DNA of 64,000 bases. Origin: Patellaria atrata CBS 101060 (Eukaryota). Both the position numbers and the translations under genes were made by a program. Numbering within the stretch: position 1 is the first letter of the stretch; each line of letters begins with the position of its first letter. The notes under the pieces are model-generated. The model saw only the letters and a program-made list of their open reading frames with translations, was not told where the DNA came from and did not search any database. Below, piece by piece: positions 1-11,352 of the stretch. The DNA is taken from the NCBI GenBank assembly GCA_010093705.1, contig MU006089.1, positions 1,723,561 through 1,787,560 on the forward strand, given 5' to 3'.

Positions 1-2250
1 CGAGGTCATCAGTATCTCCAAACGTCGATTCCTTTTCCGTGATGTCGCGATCGAAATCTTCTTTGCGGACGGTCGAAGTTATCTCTTGACAGCCATCTCT
101 CCGCAACTTCGAAATGATTTGTATTCCAAATTAATGGTCCGGGCTCCTCACGTTAACAATCCATCTTCTTTGATGCTATCAGAAGATGCCTGGAGAATTG
201 AATCATTACGAAACCCAGACGACGTTCCACAAACCATAGGTTCGAGATTCACAAGCGTGTTCAATTCAACGGCATCAAACCCTGCCACTAGGAGATGGGT
301 TAAGGGCGAAATATCAAATTTTCACTATCTGATGCTCGTCAATACCTTAGCAGGAAGGACGTTTAACGATCTGACGCAATATCCTGTCTTCCCATGGGTG
401 GTAGCTGATTATACCAGTGAAGAACTAGACCTCACCAATCCCAGAACATTCCGGGACTTCTCAAAACCGATGGGTTGTCAAACTGCTGCTAGAGAAGCTG
501 AATTTAGGGATCGATATGTATCCTTTGGTGAGATGGGCGACCACAATGCTCCAGCATTTCACTACGGTACACATTACTCGTCCGCAATGATCGTTTCTTC
601 ATATCTCATTCGATTGCAACCATTTGTTCAGTCATATCTCCTATTACAAGGAGGCAGTTTCGATCATGCAGACCGACTTTTTTCGTCCATTGAACGTGCT
701 TGGCTTTCCGCCTCTCGAGACAACATGACGGACGTACGGGAACTGACTCCCGAGTTCTTTTATCTTCCGGAGTTCCTGATCAACAGTAACGGTTACAATT
801 TCGGTTTTAAACAAGGCACAGGGGAGAAGATTGACGATGTTACCTTGCCCCCTTGGGCGAAAGGAGATCCTCACATATTCATCGCAAAACACCGAGAAGC
901 CCTTGAGAGCCCATACGTCAGCAAGCACCTACACCAGTGGATTGATCTTGTCTTTGGGTTCAAGCAGCGTGGAGATACCGCCATTGATGCGGTAAACGTT
1001 TTCCATCATCTCTCTTATCACGGTGCCAAAGATCTAGACACGATAGAAGATCCAGTCGAGCGTCTTGCCACAATTGGCATCATACACAACTTCGGCCAGA
1101 CACCTCACCAAGTCTTCCAGAAATCCCACGTTCGCCGTGAAGAAGCGTCACAGCGATACAAACGGCTAGACAATGCCTCGGAATCGCTAGCCCGTCTCCC
1201 CTTCCCGCTGCTCGAGTCTCACGAGAGGGTGTCTTCGCTCCTCTACTCGCCGAAGTACGATCGTCTTCTCTGCTCCGCCGCTTTTAGAATCAATATCCCG
1301 CCAAACTATGAGAGGTACATGGAATGGGGTTTCGCGGACGGAAGCGTACGGTTCTACGCCGCAGACTCGAAGAAGTTGATCGGCTTGTTCGAGCACATAC
1401 ACCAAGGCCAGATATCTTGCGCGACCTTCCTAGATAGCAAGACCCTCATAACGGCGGGTACCGACTGCACCATCTCCACGTGGACAGTTTCGCCGGGAGC
1501 GAAGACTATCGATCTACAGCCTCGCGCTACGCTCTTCGGGCACCGGAAGCCGGTCACTGTACTCGCGGCTAGCAAGGCCTTCAGTACCTTCCTCTCCGCC
1601 GGTAGCGACGGGAAAGTTTTCCTCTGGGACCTAAACCGGCTCGAGTATATCCGGGAAGTCGACAACGGGAACCGACCCGTTGAATGCGCCAGGGTGAACA
1701 ATGTCAACGGGCAGATCATGCTCGGCTGCGGGAGACGGGTGAGGCTCTTCACGCTAAACGGCCATCTACTGCTCGATCAGGATGTCTGCGCCAAGGGCGA
1801 GGACGACGAGGTGGTTAGCTGTGCGTTCTACGAGGGCGTTGGGAACGAGTGGTTGGAGCGGGAATTGGTGTTCACGGGACACAGGAGGGGGAGGGTCAAT
1901 GTGAGTATATCATCCCGCCTTTAGTCGAGTCACTCGACTCGACACACTTCCGTCCTTCATGGTTAATCCGTTTTGCGATAGATATGGAGTAAAATCGTCG
2001 ATCCGGCTTCTGGGAAATGGACGCTCGAACTCGTCAGACGCCTCGACCACGTCGATTCAGGCAGGGAGGATAAGCAGAATTTCGCGGCTGCTATTACGTG
2101 TATTTTGCCCATGGCGCAGGTGGTCTATACGGGGGATGAGGATGGCAGAGTCGTAAGTTTCCCTTATATCTGATTGCTTGTGCTTTGGATTCGATGGACT
2201 AACTCTTTCGTTAGTCCGAGTGGGATTGTTTGCAGAGACATTCGCATTAG
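1..2250 (+). CDS. BPH1: BEACH-domain/WD40 protein (Bph1/beige-like), 3' portion; gene starts upstream of the window
   Basis: BEACH motifs (ISNFHYLMLVNTLAGRTFNDLTQYPVFPWV, FHYGTHYSS, DVRELTPEFF, WIDLVFG, NFGQTP) followed by WD40 repeats. Introns 1901-1981 (GTGAGT..ATAG) and 2153-2214 (GTAAGT..CTAAC..TTAG); final exon SEWDCLQRHSH* ends at 2250. Confidence 0.93.
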
Positions 2251-2876
2251 ATGAGGAATGAGGTGTCTTTGGGAGGAGCTTAATGTGCTGGTATGGTTAG
2301 ATGGTATGGGCGGTTATGGTGTGGCATACTTTTTCTTCAGGTCCTATGGCAGCGTCTCCATCGAGCGAGCAATAAAATAGAAGGGTATGCCTGTCTCATG
2401 CCTATTTTCTCAAGGCGTAAGATAGATAGAATAGGTGGTTTCAAATCATAGATCTTTCCAATAAATCCCCGAAACTCGAACATTTAAAAAGGCTTTGGAA
2501 TCTACCATGGTTGATGAAGGTGTTGGGTACCCTTTCTCGTTATCTTATGGCCGTCGTTATGGTTTCCACGAGATATGAAGAATCACTGGTGGTTGAGATG
2601 ATTGTTGTACATGTCTACAGTATTGACGATGAGCATTAACTGTAGGGGGTAGGTTGTTCTCTATGATTGAGGTCATGGTGCTGTTGCAACTGGAACGGTC
2701 TGCCCTTCTCGTCTAATAATAATAACTTCATGTGAAATTTTGTTGTCCTGCTACTTTGTAGTATCAACTTTCGTGTCTCGCACTCGTACATTGAGATGTA
2801 ATCATTTCGTAGCCTTTCATGGTCTGAGGATGTTCACAGACCGAGAAACAACCGAATGTTCAGTTCTAGTTCTATC

Positions 2877-2905
2877 GATAAGACGATAAGATGATAAGAT
2901 GATAG
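2877..2905 (+). promoter_or_regulatory. Cluster of four GATA motifs (GATAAG x3 + GATAG, 8-bp period), about 0.9 kb upstream of metallothionein 1
   Basis: Sequence gataag-ac-gataag-at-gataag-at-gatag; matches the HGATAR GATA-factor core. Function is inferred only. Confidence 0.3.
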
Positions 2906-3795
2906 TCAACCAGTGACGTCCACTTTTCCTTTTCCCTTGTTGTCTCACGATTTCTTCCAAAGATGACTTTCCATCACCCTATCAAAACTCATGAGATATG
3001 AGATGACATGATCAAAGACGGAAACCGACGGCGGAAAATGCGGCTTTCAACCCCTCCTCCACTCATGAAGGACGGGAAGCCCTGAAAAACTCTCTCATCC
3101 GATGATCTCGTACCGTTTCCTACGTAACCCGACTTGGTCGATTACATTTGATATTCCAGCAGTTTGTCACCACAACCCACGAAACCTGCTCAAATGACGG
3201 CTGCGGCGTCCCCTCCAGTAAATCGGGTAGGAGGAAGATGATGGGCGATGATTGGCAGCGATGTGAACCCAAGAGCTTCAAAGACCGATGTACCTGTGTA
3301 TACATCCCCATCTGTCGCTCTGACTGGCACGAAACAACACAACCCCAGACTTTTCGGTATAGTTAGGTGTGTGTATTTTCTTCCGTCTCGTCTTTCTAGA
3401 CCTTCTACATCGGATCATCGGCGGCGAGCTTCCTTCCGAAAGGCGAACCAGAACTCTCGCCACTCCTTGTCACTCGTCACGTGGAGAAGGGAAACCCGGC
3501 ACAAGGCTGTCTTTTCACTCTTTTCATGCTATCCTAACCTTCAAAGAGATAAAGGCGAGCGCGGGGGTTTTGGTCATAGGCTTTAAGCTTAGAATTTGCC
3601 CCGCCACGTGCCCGCTAGTAAGAAACTACTTATCAACACCCTTTTGCCCACCGTCCGACTGTTTTCTTTTCTCTTTTCCAGTTCATACTTCAGAAATAGC
3701 AACGATTCTACAAGACTACGCTCCTTTCGAGTATATCGAACCAAGCAACGAGACTTCTACCTTTAACAACTTTCCCCAAGAACAACATAGTCATC

Positions 3796-3958
3796 ATGGG
3801 CGGCTGCAACTGCGGAGACAACTGCACCTGTGCTGATTGCACTTGCGGCGTAAGTTTACTCCCTTCCATCTCACCCTTTCTCGCACGATACACTACGCAG
3901 TTTTTACATCCTATTGATTGCTCGAACCCTAAGCTAACATAAAACCCATTAGAAATAA
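3796..3958 (+). CDS. Metallothionein-like micro-protein, 19 aa: MGGCNCGDNCTCADCTCGK
   Basis: Exon 1 3796-3849 (catcATGG context); intron 3850-3952 (GTAAGT..GCTAAC..TTAG); exon 2 AAA TAA 3953-3958. Six Cys in three CxC motifs, typical of short fungal metallothioneins. Confidence 0.85.
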
Positions 3959-4559
3959 TCAACCTCTTCCCAACCCACCTCAACTTCCCTCATGAACCCC
4001 GCCCTATAACCCAGCAACCCTCCACCTCTCTCGCACAAACACCTTATCCACACCCTTCACGGCCTCTTTCCCTTTCGGAAACCCAGTCCCAAATATGTCC
4101 TGAATACCTTTCGTCGACCCTCCTCCCAGTCGCTCGCTCTCAGCACACGACAAGCACAAAACACTTTCACGGGGGAGTGGTCTCCTTTCGTCGGCATATC
4201 ACATTGTTTCGTTAGCATAACATTCCGGGCGTCACCTTTCGAGCACCGAGAAGAAAATAGGGGAAGATGAATCAAATTGGATAAGCATACTGGTTTACGG
4301 CGGAAGCGGTTGCGACAATTTCAAACGAGGGTAATCAGGAATGTGTATTAATCTGATTTTTCTTGTCACTGCATACTCGAAAAAAAAAGTAATTTATAAA
4401 AAAAATAAATGGACCTCGTACGGTCGTGACTGTCGGATTTTTGGTGCTCTCCAGATTTGATCTGTCACCTGGTGAGATGTGATGTAACTTGGAAACTACA
4501 CAATCAGCTTGACAGGCCTACATATCATTCATGCTCTATAAACCGGACCTACCCCTTAC

Positions 4560-5030
4560 CTTATTGGTTATGACCCCTATTCAGTATTATCTTCAACCTC
4601 GGTCAACCAGTTCCTGATTCAGTGTGATCCTTGCGCAATGCACACTGACCCTTATTCATCTTGATTTCCATTCGGTATGACTTCCACTCAGTATAAGTTT
4701 TGATTAAGTATAACCTCTATCCAATATGGCTTTCATCTCGACCCCAATCCTCACCCATCACGATCCTTACCCATCATGATCCTTACCCATCACGATCCTT
4801 CTCACTACTAAAAACCACACTCATCATAACCCTCCCCCACTAATCTGACCCCTTATTCATCATAATCATTCAGCCTCTTATCAGTCCAGCCCTCCTCCAC
4901 TCTAACGCCCGACCCCTCATAACACTCATCAAGATCTTAATCTGGTACAACCTCCACTCAACCAGATCCGCTTACTCGACGTGATCTTCGCTTCAGCATG
5001 ACCTTTCAATCAGTATGACTCTCCAGCCCT
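4560..5030. repeat. Degenerate ~16-bp minisatellite with a near-perfect core of 3 x ACCCATCAYGATCCTT at 4753-4800
   Basis: The core is three 16-bp units with one mismatch. Flanks contain related units (tatgacccctattcag, tatgacttccactcag, cttgatttccattcgg, tataacctctatccaa). Outer boundaries are approximate. Confidence 0.6.
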
Positions 5031-5628
5031 TATTTAACACCCCAGCCTCACTCAAAAACAATCCCTCACACATCCTGCTCCTCATTCCAAACCCAAAGTT
5101 CCTTGATGTGCAAAGAAAAGCTACAAACACCCAACGACAGCATGAGAAAATGTGTCGGAACGGGGACAGACGTGAGTGAGATACTGTAGCACTGTACTGT
5201 ACTATACTGTTGTTTGTGTAACACGGTAATAGTTACATTAAGTTTGAGTGGGCGCAGGAAAATGATCCATCCACCTGGAGGTGTGACCTCATAGCATTAG
5301 GTGGGCAGTGGCAGAGCTTAAAGTCACGACATGACATATTGAAGACGCATAAGAAACACAAGGCATGGGTATGTATGGTCATGATATCACGCAGGCGAAG
5401 TCACACAAAAGCACAGTTCAGCTGAGAGCAGATGTTTGTTAAGCATGATATTGACTATCCATGTCAGAACGAGTATTTGTGAATGAGTGTCTCCATTACA
5501 TTCCCGACCATGGCAGCAAGGCCAGTCTGAAACTCAAGAATCGAGCTACACCAATGAGAAGATGAGCATGTCATTGTTCAAACGTCATGAGAATTGGCAG
5601 GTGACAGTTCGAAGAGAATATGTCCCGT

Positions 5629-6146
5629 TTAGTGCTGATGAGAATGTTAGTCATCTGATACTCTGACAGAAACATGAATGGGAATGCGCGGGGTGTGTGA
5701 TGAGGGGCGAGGCGACAGGAAGAAGTAGTGTAACACAAAAGCTCATGCCCAGCAATGTTGTGTTCCAACACTCGAGAACATGCTATCATGGTGTGCTGTG
5801 TTGTCAGACGCGGGTAGGTTCGCGTAAAAGCTCCATGAAGAGAAGGGGGGTGGTTGATTGGTCAGCTGTGCACGCAGGCAAACCGTGTAGATATGCGGGG
5901 TCCGAAGTATAATAGAAAGGTGTACGGCAGAAGAGAGATGGGAAAATAACAGAGACGAGGACATGTGCGGAAAAACAACATCTGGGATGGATGAAAGTGT
6001 GAAAGGTGACTTACGCCGCAAGAGGTGCAGCTGCAGCTGTTGCAGTCGCCGGAGCAAGAGCAAGATGAGCATCCACTGTGAAAAGGCTTCATGTCAGCAA
6101 TCAAAACTCCGTAAGCTGGAGGATGGATGGCATACCAGGGAGACAT
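5629..6146 (-). CDS. Metallothionein-like micro-protein, 25 aa: MSPCGCSSCSCSGDCNSCSCTSCGH
   Basis: Exon 1 6146-6136 (ATGTCTCCCTG); intron 6135-6076 (GTATGC..GCTGAC..CACAG); exon 2 6075-6015; intron 6014-5635 (GTAAGT..GACTAAC..ATCAG); exon 3 CAC TAA 5634-5629. Eight Cys, Ser/Gly-rich, CxC/CxxC spacing. Confidence 0.85.
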
Positions 6147-7485
6147 GATGATTGAGTTGTTGAACGGAAGTTCGATGGAGTTGATATGCGAGTTTGGTTT
6201 GAGGTTGTTGTATGAGCTTGATGGAGTGTCGGTGATGGGTAGTTGTAAGAAGCTGGAAGGGGACGAGGCGCCTTTTATGTTAGAGGTGTAGTTTCCAGAT
6301 TACGTAGCGAAGCTCTCATCGGCACCGGTTTCGGGACAGAGCTAAGGCGAGGTAGGTTGGTCTTGTGGATGAAGGTGGAAGGCACGAGTGCTTGGTAGCA
6401 TACATCCCACTGCCCACCGTGCCTACCTGATCCGGCCCCATGTCACTACCTAGTAGGTAATGTCACTCATGCGGCCAGTACCCAGGTAACTTTGGTACTA
6501 CCTCAATTCTCCGCAGTCTGCGTCGAGACCATTCGAGGCATGGCTTGGTCTTTACTTGGACGGCGAATCAACAATGTCACCCACCCTTCCTTAACAGAAG
6601 TTCATCATGTCCTGATAACATGCAGTAGAGGTGGGGAAGTCTGCTGAATTTTCCTAAGACTGGCCAACGAGGTCAAAGATAAGCCCAGCTATCTTACTGG
6701 AGGAAGGAGTCGCATACGGCGGAACGCTTGGAAATCTAATAAGGTAAGCTTGCTTCCCTTGTAGCAGCTTTACCTAAATGCTAAATCAATTAAACAAAAA
6801 AAAAGCAAACGTTGCCTAGATCACAGCATGTGAAGGGCTAATGTATAATACTGACAAGCAGAAAAGACGCAGGTGCTCGTATGCAGACAAGGGTAGCTTG
6901 GCTGCCTAGGTACCTAAAGTATGTAACCGTAGCTAAGGTAAGGAAATGATGGCTACTGGTTTGACTGAGAGTGTGGGATAAGCAAAACGGCCGGAAATAT
7001 GCCGAAAGGATAGCGGAGCATTGAGATGCATAAACAAAGAGAATGAGAAAGACGGCAAGAACGTGACACCAGCTGGGAAAGAACTATCCGGAAAGAGATA
7101 TATCTCCTCAATCGGTGGATTAGATGGTACCTTAGATATAGTATGACAAGAGAAAAAATAGCAAATAGGAAGGTACGAAGGAAAAGTAAATGAAGTAAAA
7201 CGTGGGGAGGAGAGGGAATTCAACGAGGCTCCTGTATGACAGTAAGGTACTGAAAGGTAAAGGAATGGTAAGGTAGGAAAGTAGTGGCGCAAGGTGTGGA
7301 ACCCCTTCCGCACGCTAACCAATCATAGAGCGTATAGGTGAAAAGTAAACTTCAAGAGGTGGTGATAACTTACAAGCTTCAGGCATTGCTCTCGCCTCAC
7401 TTGACAGCACTCACGAATTGTCATTGGGACGATTACTTCACATGCCGCACTAGAAGTCCATCAAGGTACTCGTACTAAACACCTT

Positions 7486-9202
7486 CTAACCGAGGGACAT
7501 GGCAGCATCATCACTCAGACCCCAATCGCTTTGTTTCTGCTGTTGGAAGGAGGGAGGGCTGACAATATCATCTTCATCACTTCTCCGGCTCTCGATGCTT
7601 CCACCACTCTCTCCTGTCATCCCACTCTTTTGACTTGCGGCCTGACTGTTCCTTCGGAACCACCGTCGTTTTCGCGCTTTGTTACTCGAGTTGTCGTCGT
7701 CTTTGATGGATGGAACGTAGTCGTTTGCTGCCTCTTCAGCTGGGACTGTCTCAGCCTCCGAGAGGCCACCGTCTCCGGCTTCCTTAGGTCGAGGTGTCGC
7801 TGACGGCGTGATCTCCGTGGAAGGTGTGACCTCCACAAGCTCTGCGGCACGGTACCACTTTCGCCTACGAGTGTACCGGCCCCATCCGTCTTGTCCACGT
7901 TTGCCATCTCGCCACTGTGGATACAGTCAGTCGTAGAACATATGCATCGTGAGTGATTCGTACTTTGTTATCGTAGTAGATCCATCCGGCTCCGGACGTA
8001 TCCGCCTTGTCGCCGTCTCCTGATCCTGCTTCCCCTTCGGTTCCCTCAATTCTCCATTCGCTCCCTTGAATCCATCTCCATCTTGCGTGACCTCCTTCAA
8101 CCTCCGGTAGCTCAAAGTGATCCTTATCAGGTACAGCGTTAAGGTGCTCGTCCGTCCATGAGGCCCTCTCATAAGCAAGCATGGAAGACGTCCATCCGAT
8201 TCCAAGCCACCTACGTTGGTTTTCATATAGTGTGAACGTGAATCGTATCCCTGGAGAAGTCGGTCTCCGCTTGGCTGCAAGTGATGCTGCTACTTCATTT
8301 GCATTTTTCTTTCGCGGTGGTAACGGTGGCCTATTTTCCACAATATCCTCGTCAAGGCCGGCTATGTCCAGTCCTGTAATAGTAGCGCATACTTTTCTCA
8401 CTGTCTTTGATCTCCACATGATGATACGGGATACTCTTGCTGGTCGAGAATGCCAACTCAATATAAGCGTCCCGACAGTGAGGATGACTCTCTTGGATGT
8501 GATAATATAAAGGGGTGGTAAAGTTAGAACGATCCATATTGGGGTAACGAAGAGTATCCGGATAAATAGCGTCGTGAGTGCTGGCCTGGTTGTCGCTGAA
8601 GTAGCCGTGCTCTGCGTTGACAAGAAATCCGTAAAGCGTAGGAATGGGTCCAGAAGAATATTACATCTCGATGTAAAGAGCTTTAGAGTATCGATAATCT
8701 CGTCCAGGCTTTTGTGGTGTCTAGTACCGGCCTCAGAATCTCCCCTTTTATGTCCCTTTTGGCCTTGCCCCTTCTCGCCTGTCCATCCTGTGCTAGAGAG
8801 TGGAGAATATCTACGAGTGTACATGCCTAGAATGAGACCGCTGACGACTACTAGAGGGCCAGCATACCGCATTACGACGTCCCCATAAAGTGTGATGAAC
8901 CAGAATGAAGCAACTAGAAGGAAACTTTCCCATGGATCTCCCGTCGTCCATGATAGTAACCCGACAAACTTATTTAAAGGAGATATGAAGGGATGTGAAT
9001 ATGCAAGAGCTCGAGTTACCTGTGGAGGTGTAGCCACGAGAAGAGGTGACTTTTGATGTACGAGTATAGTGGATCGTTGCTTGTTAACGGAGGGGAAGTG
9101 GCTCAGGGTGGAAGGTGAAAATGCAGCGACAGTAGGAGTACGAAGATCAACATTTTGATGAGAGCCGTTATTATCGTCGGCTCTGGAGGGAGTGGAAGAC
9201 AT
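7486..9202 (-). CDS. Pex23/Pex30-family peroxin (reticulon-like region + dysferlin domain)
   Basis: Motifs LLSWTTGDPWESFL, FTLYENQRRWLGIGW, WTDE, GWIYYDNK|WRDG, GRYTRRRKWYR. Intron 7963-7915 (GTACGA..CTGAC..CACAG) joins ORFs 7865-9280 and 7486-7836; first ATG at 9202. Confidence 0.9.
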
Positions 9203-9960
9203 CTGTGTCAGCCAGGGAGTGTCTGTACTATATATTAGGATTCGCTGGTTGAACAGAATACCCTGATGGCGACTTGCCAAGCGCGGCCATGCATAGGCCC
9301 TTTGCAGATGCGCAAGTTGTTATAGGCGAGAGAGCGCAAGGATACTGATAAGTCGAAGGTGATAGAACCTCTTATATGCCCGAGGCGTTCATGTTTGCGT
9401 GCGTTGGGCGGAAATGGGAAGGAAAAGATGGTGAGGTAGGTGGGAACTGATATAAAGAGAAGGACGTGGGGATGACTTCGGCCCTGCGTAGATGACAGAC
9501 TCACATGCAACCCGGGAAACTGGGAGTACAGATTGTACCAGGAGTAAAGTATTTTAATAAATGACTTGTCACTGTCAAATAAAAAATTGCGAGGTGACTG
9601 GAAAATTCAAAAAGACTATAAGGGAATACAAGTCAAACGAAGAATCATCTTGTCGCAAAGAGTTATGAATCCCCCATCGCACGCGTCAAGGGGAGAATTA
9701 AGCCTCGGGGAAGATCTCGTAAAACATCGTTGAAAGTCGGACACTGCACGTGATCAGATCAGATAAGATATCTTTGATCTGTCGGGCCGTCATCTCCCGG
9801 GCGAAAAGGGTAACCTCCGATTCCCGTGACTGGGAAATTATTTCGTCGCCGCAAGAGGTACTCAACAAGCCAGCATCACGCGTTTACGCCGCTGCAGCCA
9901 TCGGATCCCCCTCTAGCTCATCAGAGTGACCAGCTCAAATTCTCATATACTCTCAGTAGC

Positions 9961-10470
9961 ATGGTGAGTCCTGGAATCCCTTTCGCATCCGATCTCACGA
10001 CACCAGAATCCGGTCCATCTCCGCTTATCCAAACTCCAATTCTAACCTCCCCTCAGGCGCATCGAATCATAACCCAGGTTGTCATCACAGGCTCGCGAGT
10101 GATCGGACGCGCCTTTGCAGAAGCATATAAACAAGCATCCGCCTCCCAGAAGTATGCAGCGGCGAACGCGAAGAACGGAAATCCCTCGCAGACGTTCGCC
10201 TCCGGCGGCTTAACACTAGACGAAGCGTGTAAAATTTTAAACGTAGCACCGCCAAAAGGAGGGAAAACTGATTTAGAAAGTGTGACAGAACGATTTAAGA
10301 AGCTCTTCGATCTCAATGAGCCGAAGAAAGGCGGAAGCTTTTATCTACAGAGCAAGATATTACGGGCGCGGGAGAGGATAGAAATGGAGGTACGGACAGC
10401 GGAGGAGAAGGCGGCAAGGGAAGCAGAGATAAAAGAAGGATGGAATCCGAAGGTGTATAAGGATAGGTGA
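9961..10470 (+). CDS. PAM16: Mitochondrial import motor subunit Pam16/Tim16
   Basis: ATG-only first coding exon 9961-9963, intron 9964-10056 (GTGAGT..CTAAC..TCAG). Product MAHRIITQVVITGSRVIGRAFAEAYKQA...LTLDEACKILNV...GGSFYLQSKILRARERI. Confidence 0.95.
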   Translation: MVSPGIPFASDLTTPESGPSPLIQTPILTSPQAHRIITQVVITGSRVIGRAFAEAYKQASASQKYAAANAKNGNPSQTFASGGLTLDEACKILNVAPPKGGKTDLESVTERFKKLFDLNEPKKGGSFYLQSKILRARERIEMEVRTAEEKAAREAEIKEGWNPKVYKDR

Positions 10471-11352
10471 TGAAAAAGGAGTGTAAGATTTTTCAAGATT
10501 ATCGAGGCTACACCGAAAGATAACTTCTTCCTTTCGTCTGTTATGTGGAAGGCCTTCTCTGTTGCATCATCTTAGGTATTATAGCATCAGCACGGCGCCG
10601 GATGGACATCATATTGCGGAGATTTAGAACTTTCATCGAAGCGCGGCTGCGACGACAGTACAGCTCCAAATCCGTTCCCTCCCATCCATCTGTGGTTGGG
10701 TTTTAGCCTCCACTTTCTCCGCTCTCCACAGAAATATACTCTCGCTGGATTTGTCTGTCGTCTAGATGTCGATTGTTTGTACAATTAGTAGACTTCAAGG
10801 GGTGGCTAGTGTGCCGTCCCGAAACAATACTATTTCAGCATAGCAGTTTTCACTCTATGGCCTGCAAAAATGTTTTTGATTATCATGAGGAGAGTTTTGT
10901 TTGTTAGTCATCAACTATTCACATATTGATAGAAAGATGGCTTAGATGGATGCGGATTTAGGGTTTTGGACAGATGTTGAACTTTTCGTACGTCCAGCCA
11001 TATACAACGCAGTCATCGTGTACTGTGCGACCATGTTATAACGTCTAATCGATTTTTACGGTATATTCATTTTCTACATTCTAGTTACTCTGTACCGTCC
11101 TGTCTTTCTGTACAATATAGTCATCATTGTCAGGTGACTTCCTATTTTTATCAGTCAATAACTCAATAAGTCACAAAGAGTAGTCATAGTTGGGATCATT
11201 TGATACTTCAACAGAAATAATGCATTTTATTACGCCGTTATCCTGGTATCACTACGTACTCCGCCTCTCCCCGGCCCCGACCATGACTCGCTACTGAAAC
11301 AATCAGAAACAAATTGAAATTGACTGAGACTAAATTATCCTAGAATGATAGC

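Noticed and set aside
1923..1939. Perfect 8-bp inverted repeat AGTCGAGT-C-ACTCGACT in a BPH1 intron
   Set aside because: Too short to distinguish from chance; no other evidence of function.
3120..3836. Overlapping 60-155 aa ORFs upstream of MT1
   Set aside because: No recognisable motifs or consistent codon bias; best explained as promoter/5' UTR of the metallothionein.
4753..4800. Short direct repeats here and at 51444 and 52062 considered as a CRISPR-like array
   Set aside because: Head-to-tail repeats without unique spacers, in a eukaryotic genome with no cas genes.
5862..6146. 94-aa unspliced ORF containing the MT2 Cys cluster
   Set aside because: It reads through two canonical introns; the spliced 25-aa product is far more MT-like.
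6933..7322. 129-aa hydrophobic ORF
   Set aside because: Translation of a pyrimidine-rich tract downstream of the Pex30-like stop, probably 3' UTR; non-ATG start.
9758..9766. ATCAGATAA (SreA-like site) between the Pex30-like gene and PAM16
   Set aside because: A single 9-mer, and the flanking genes have no evident iron role.
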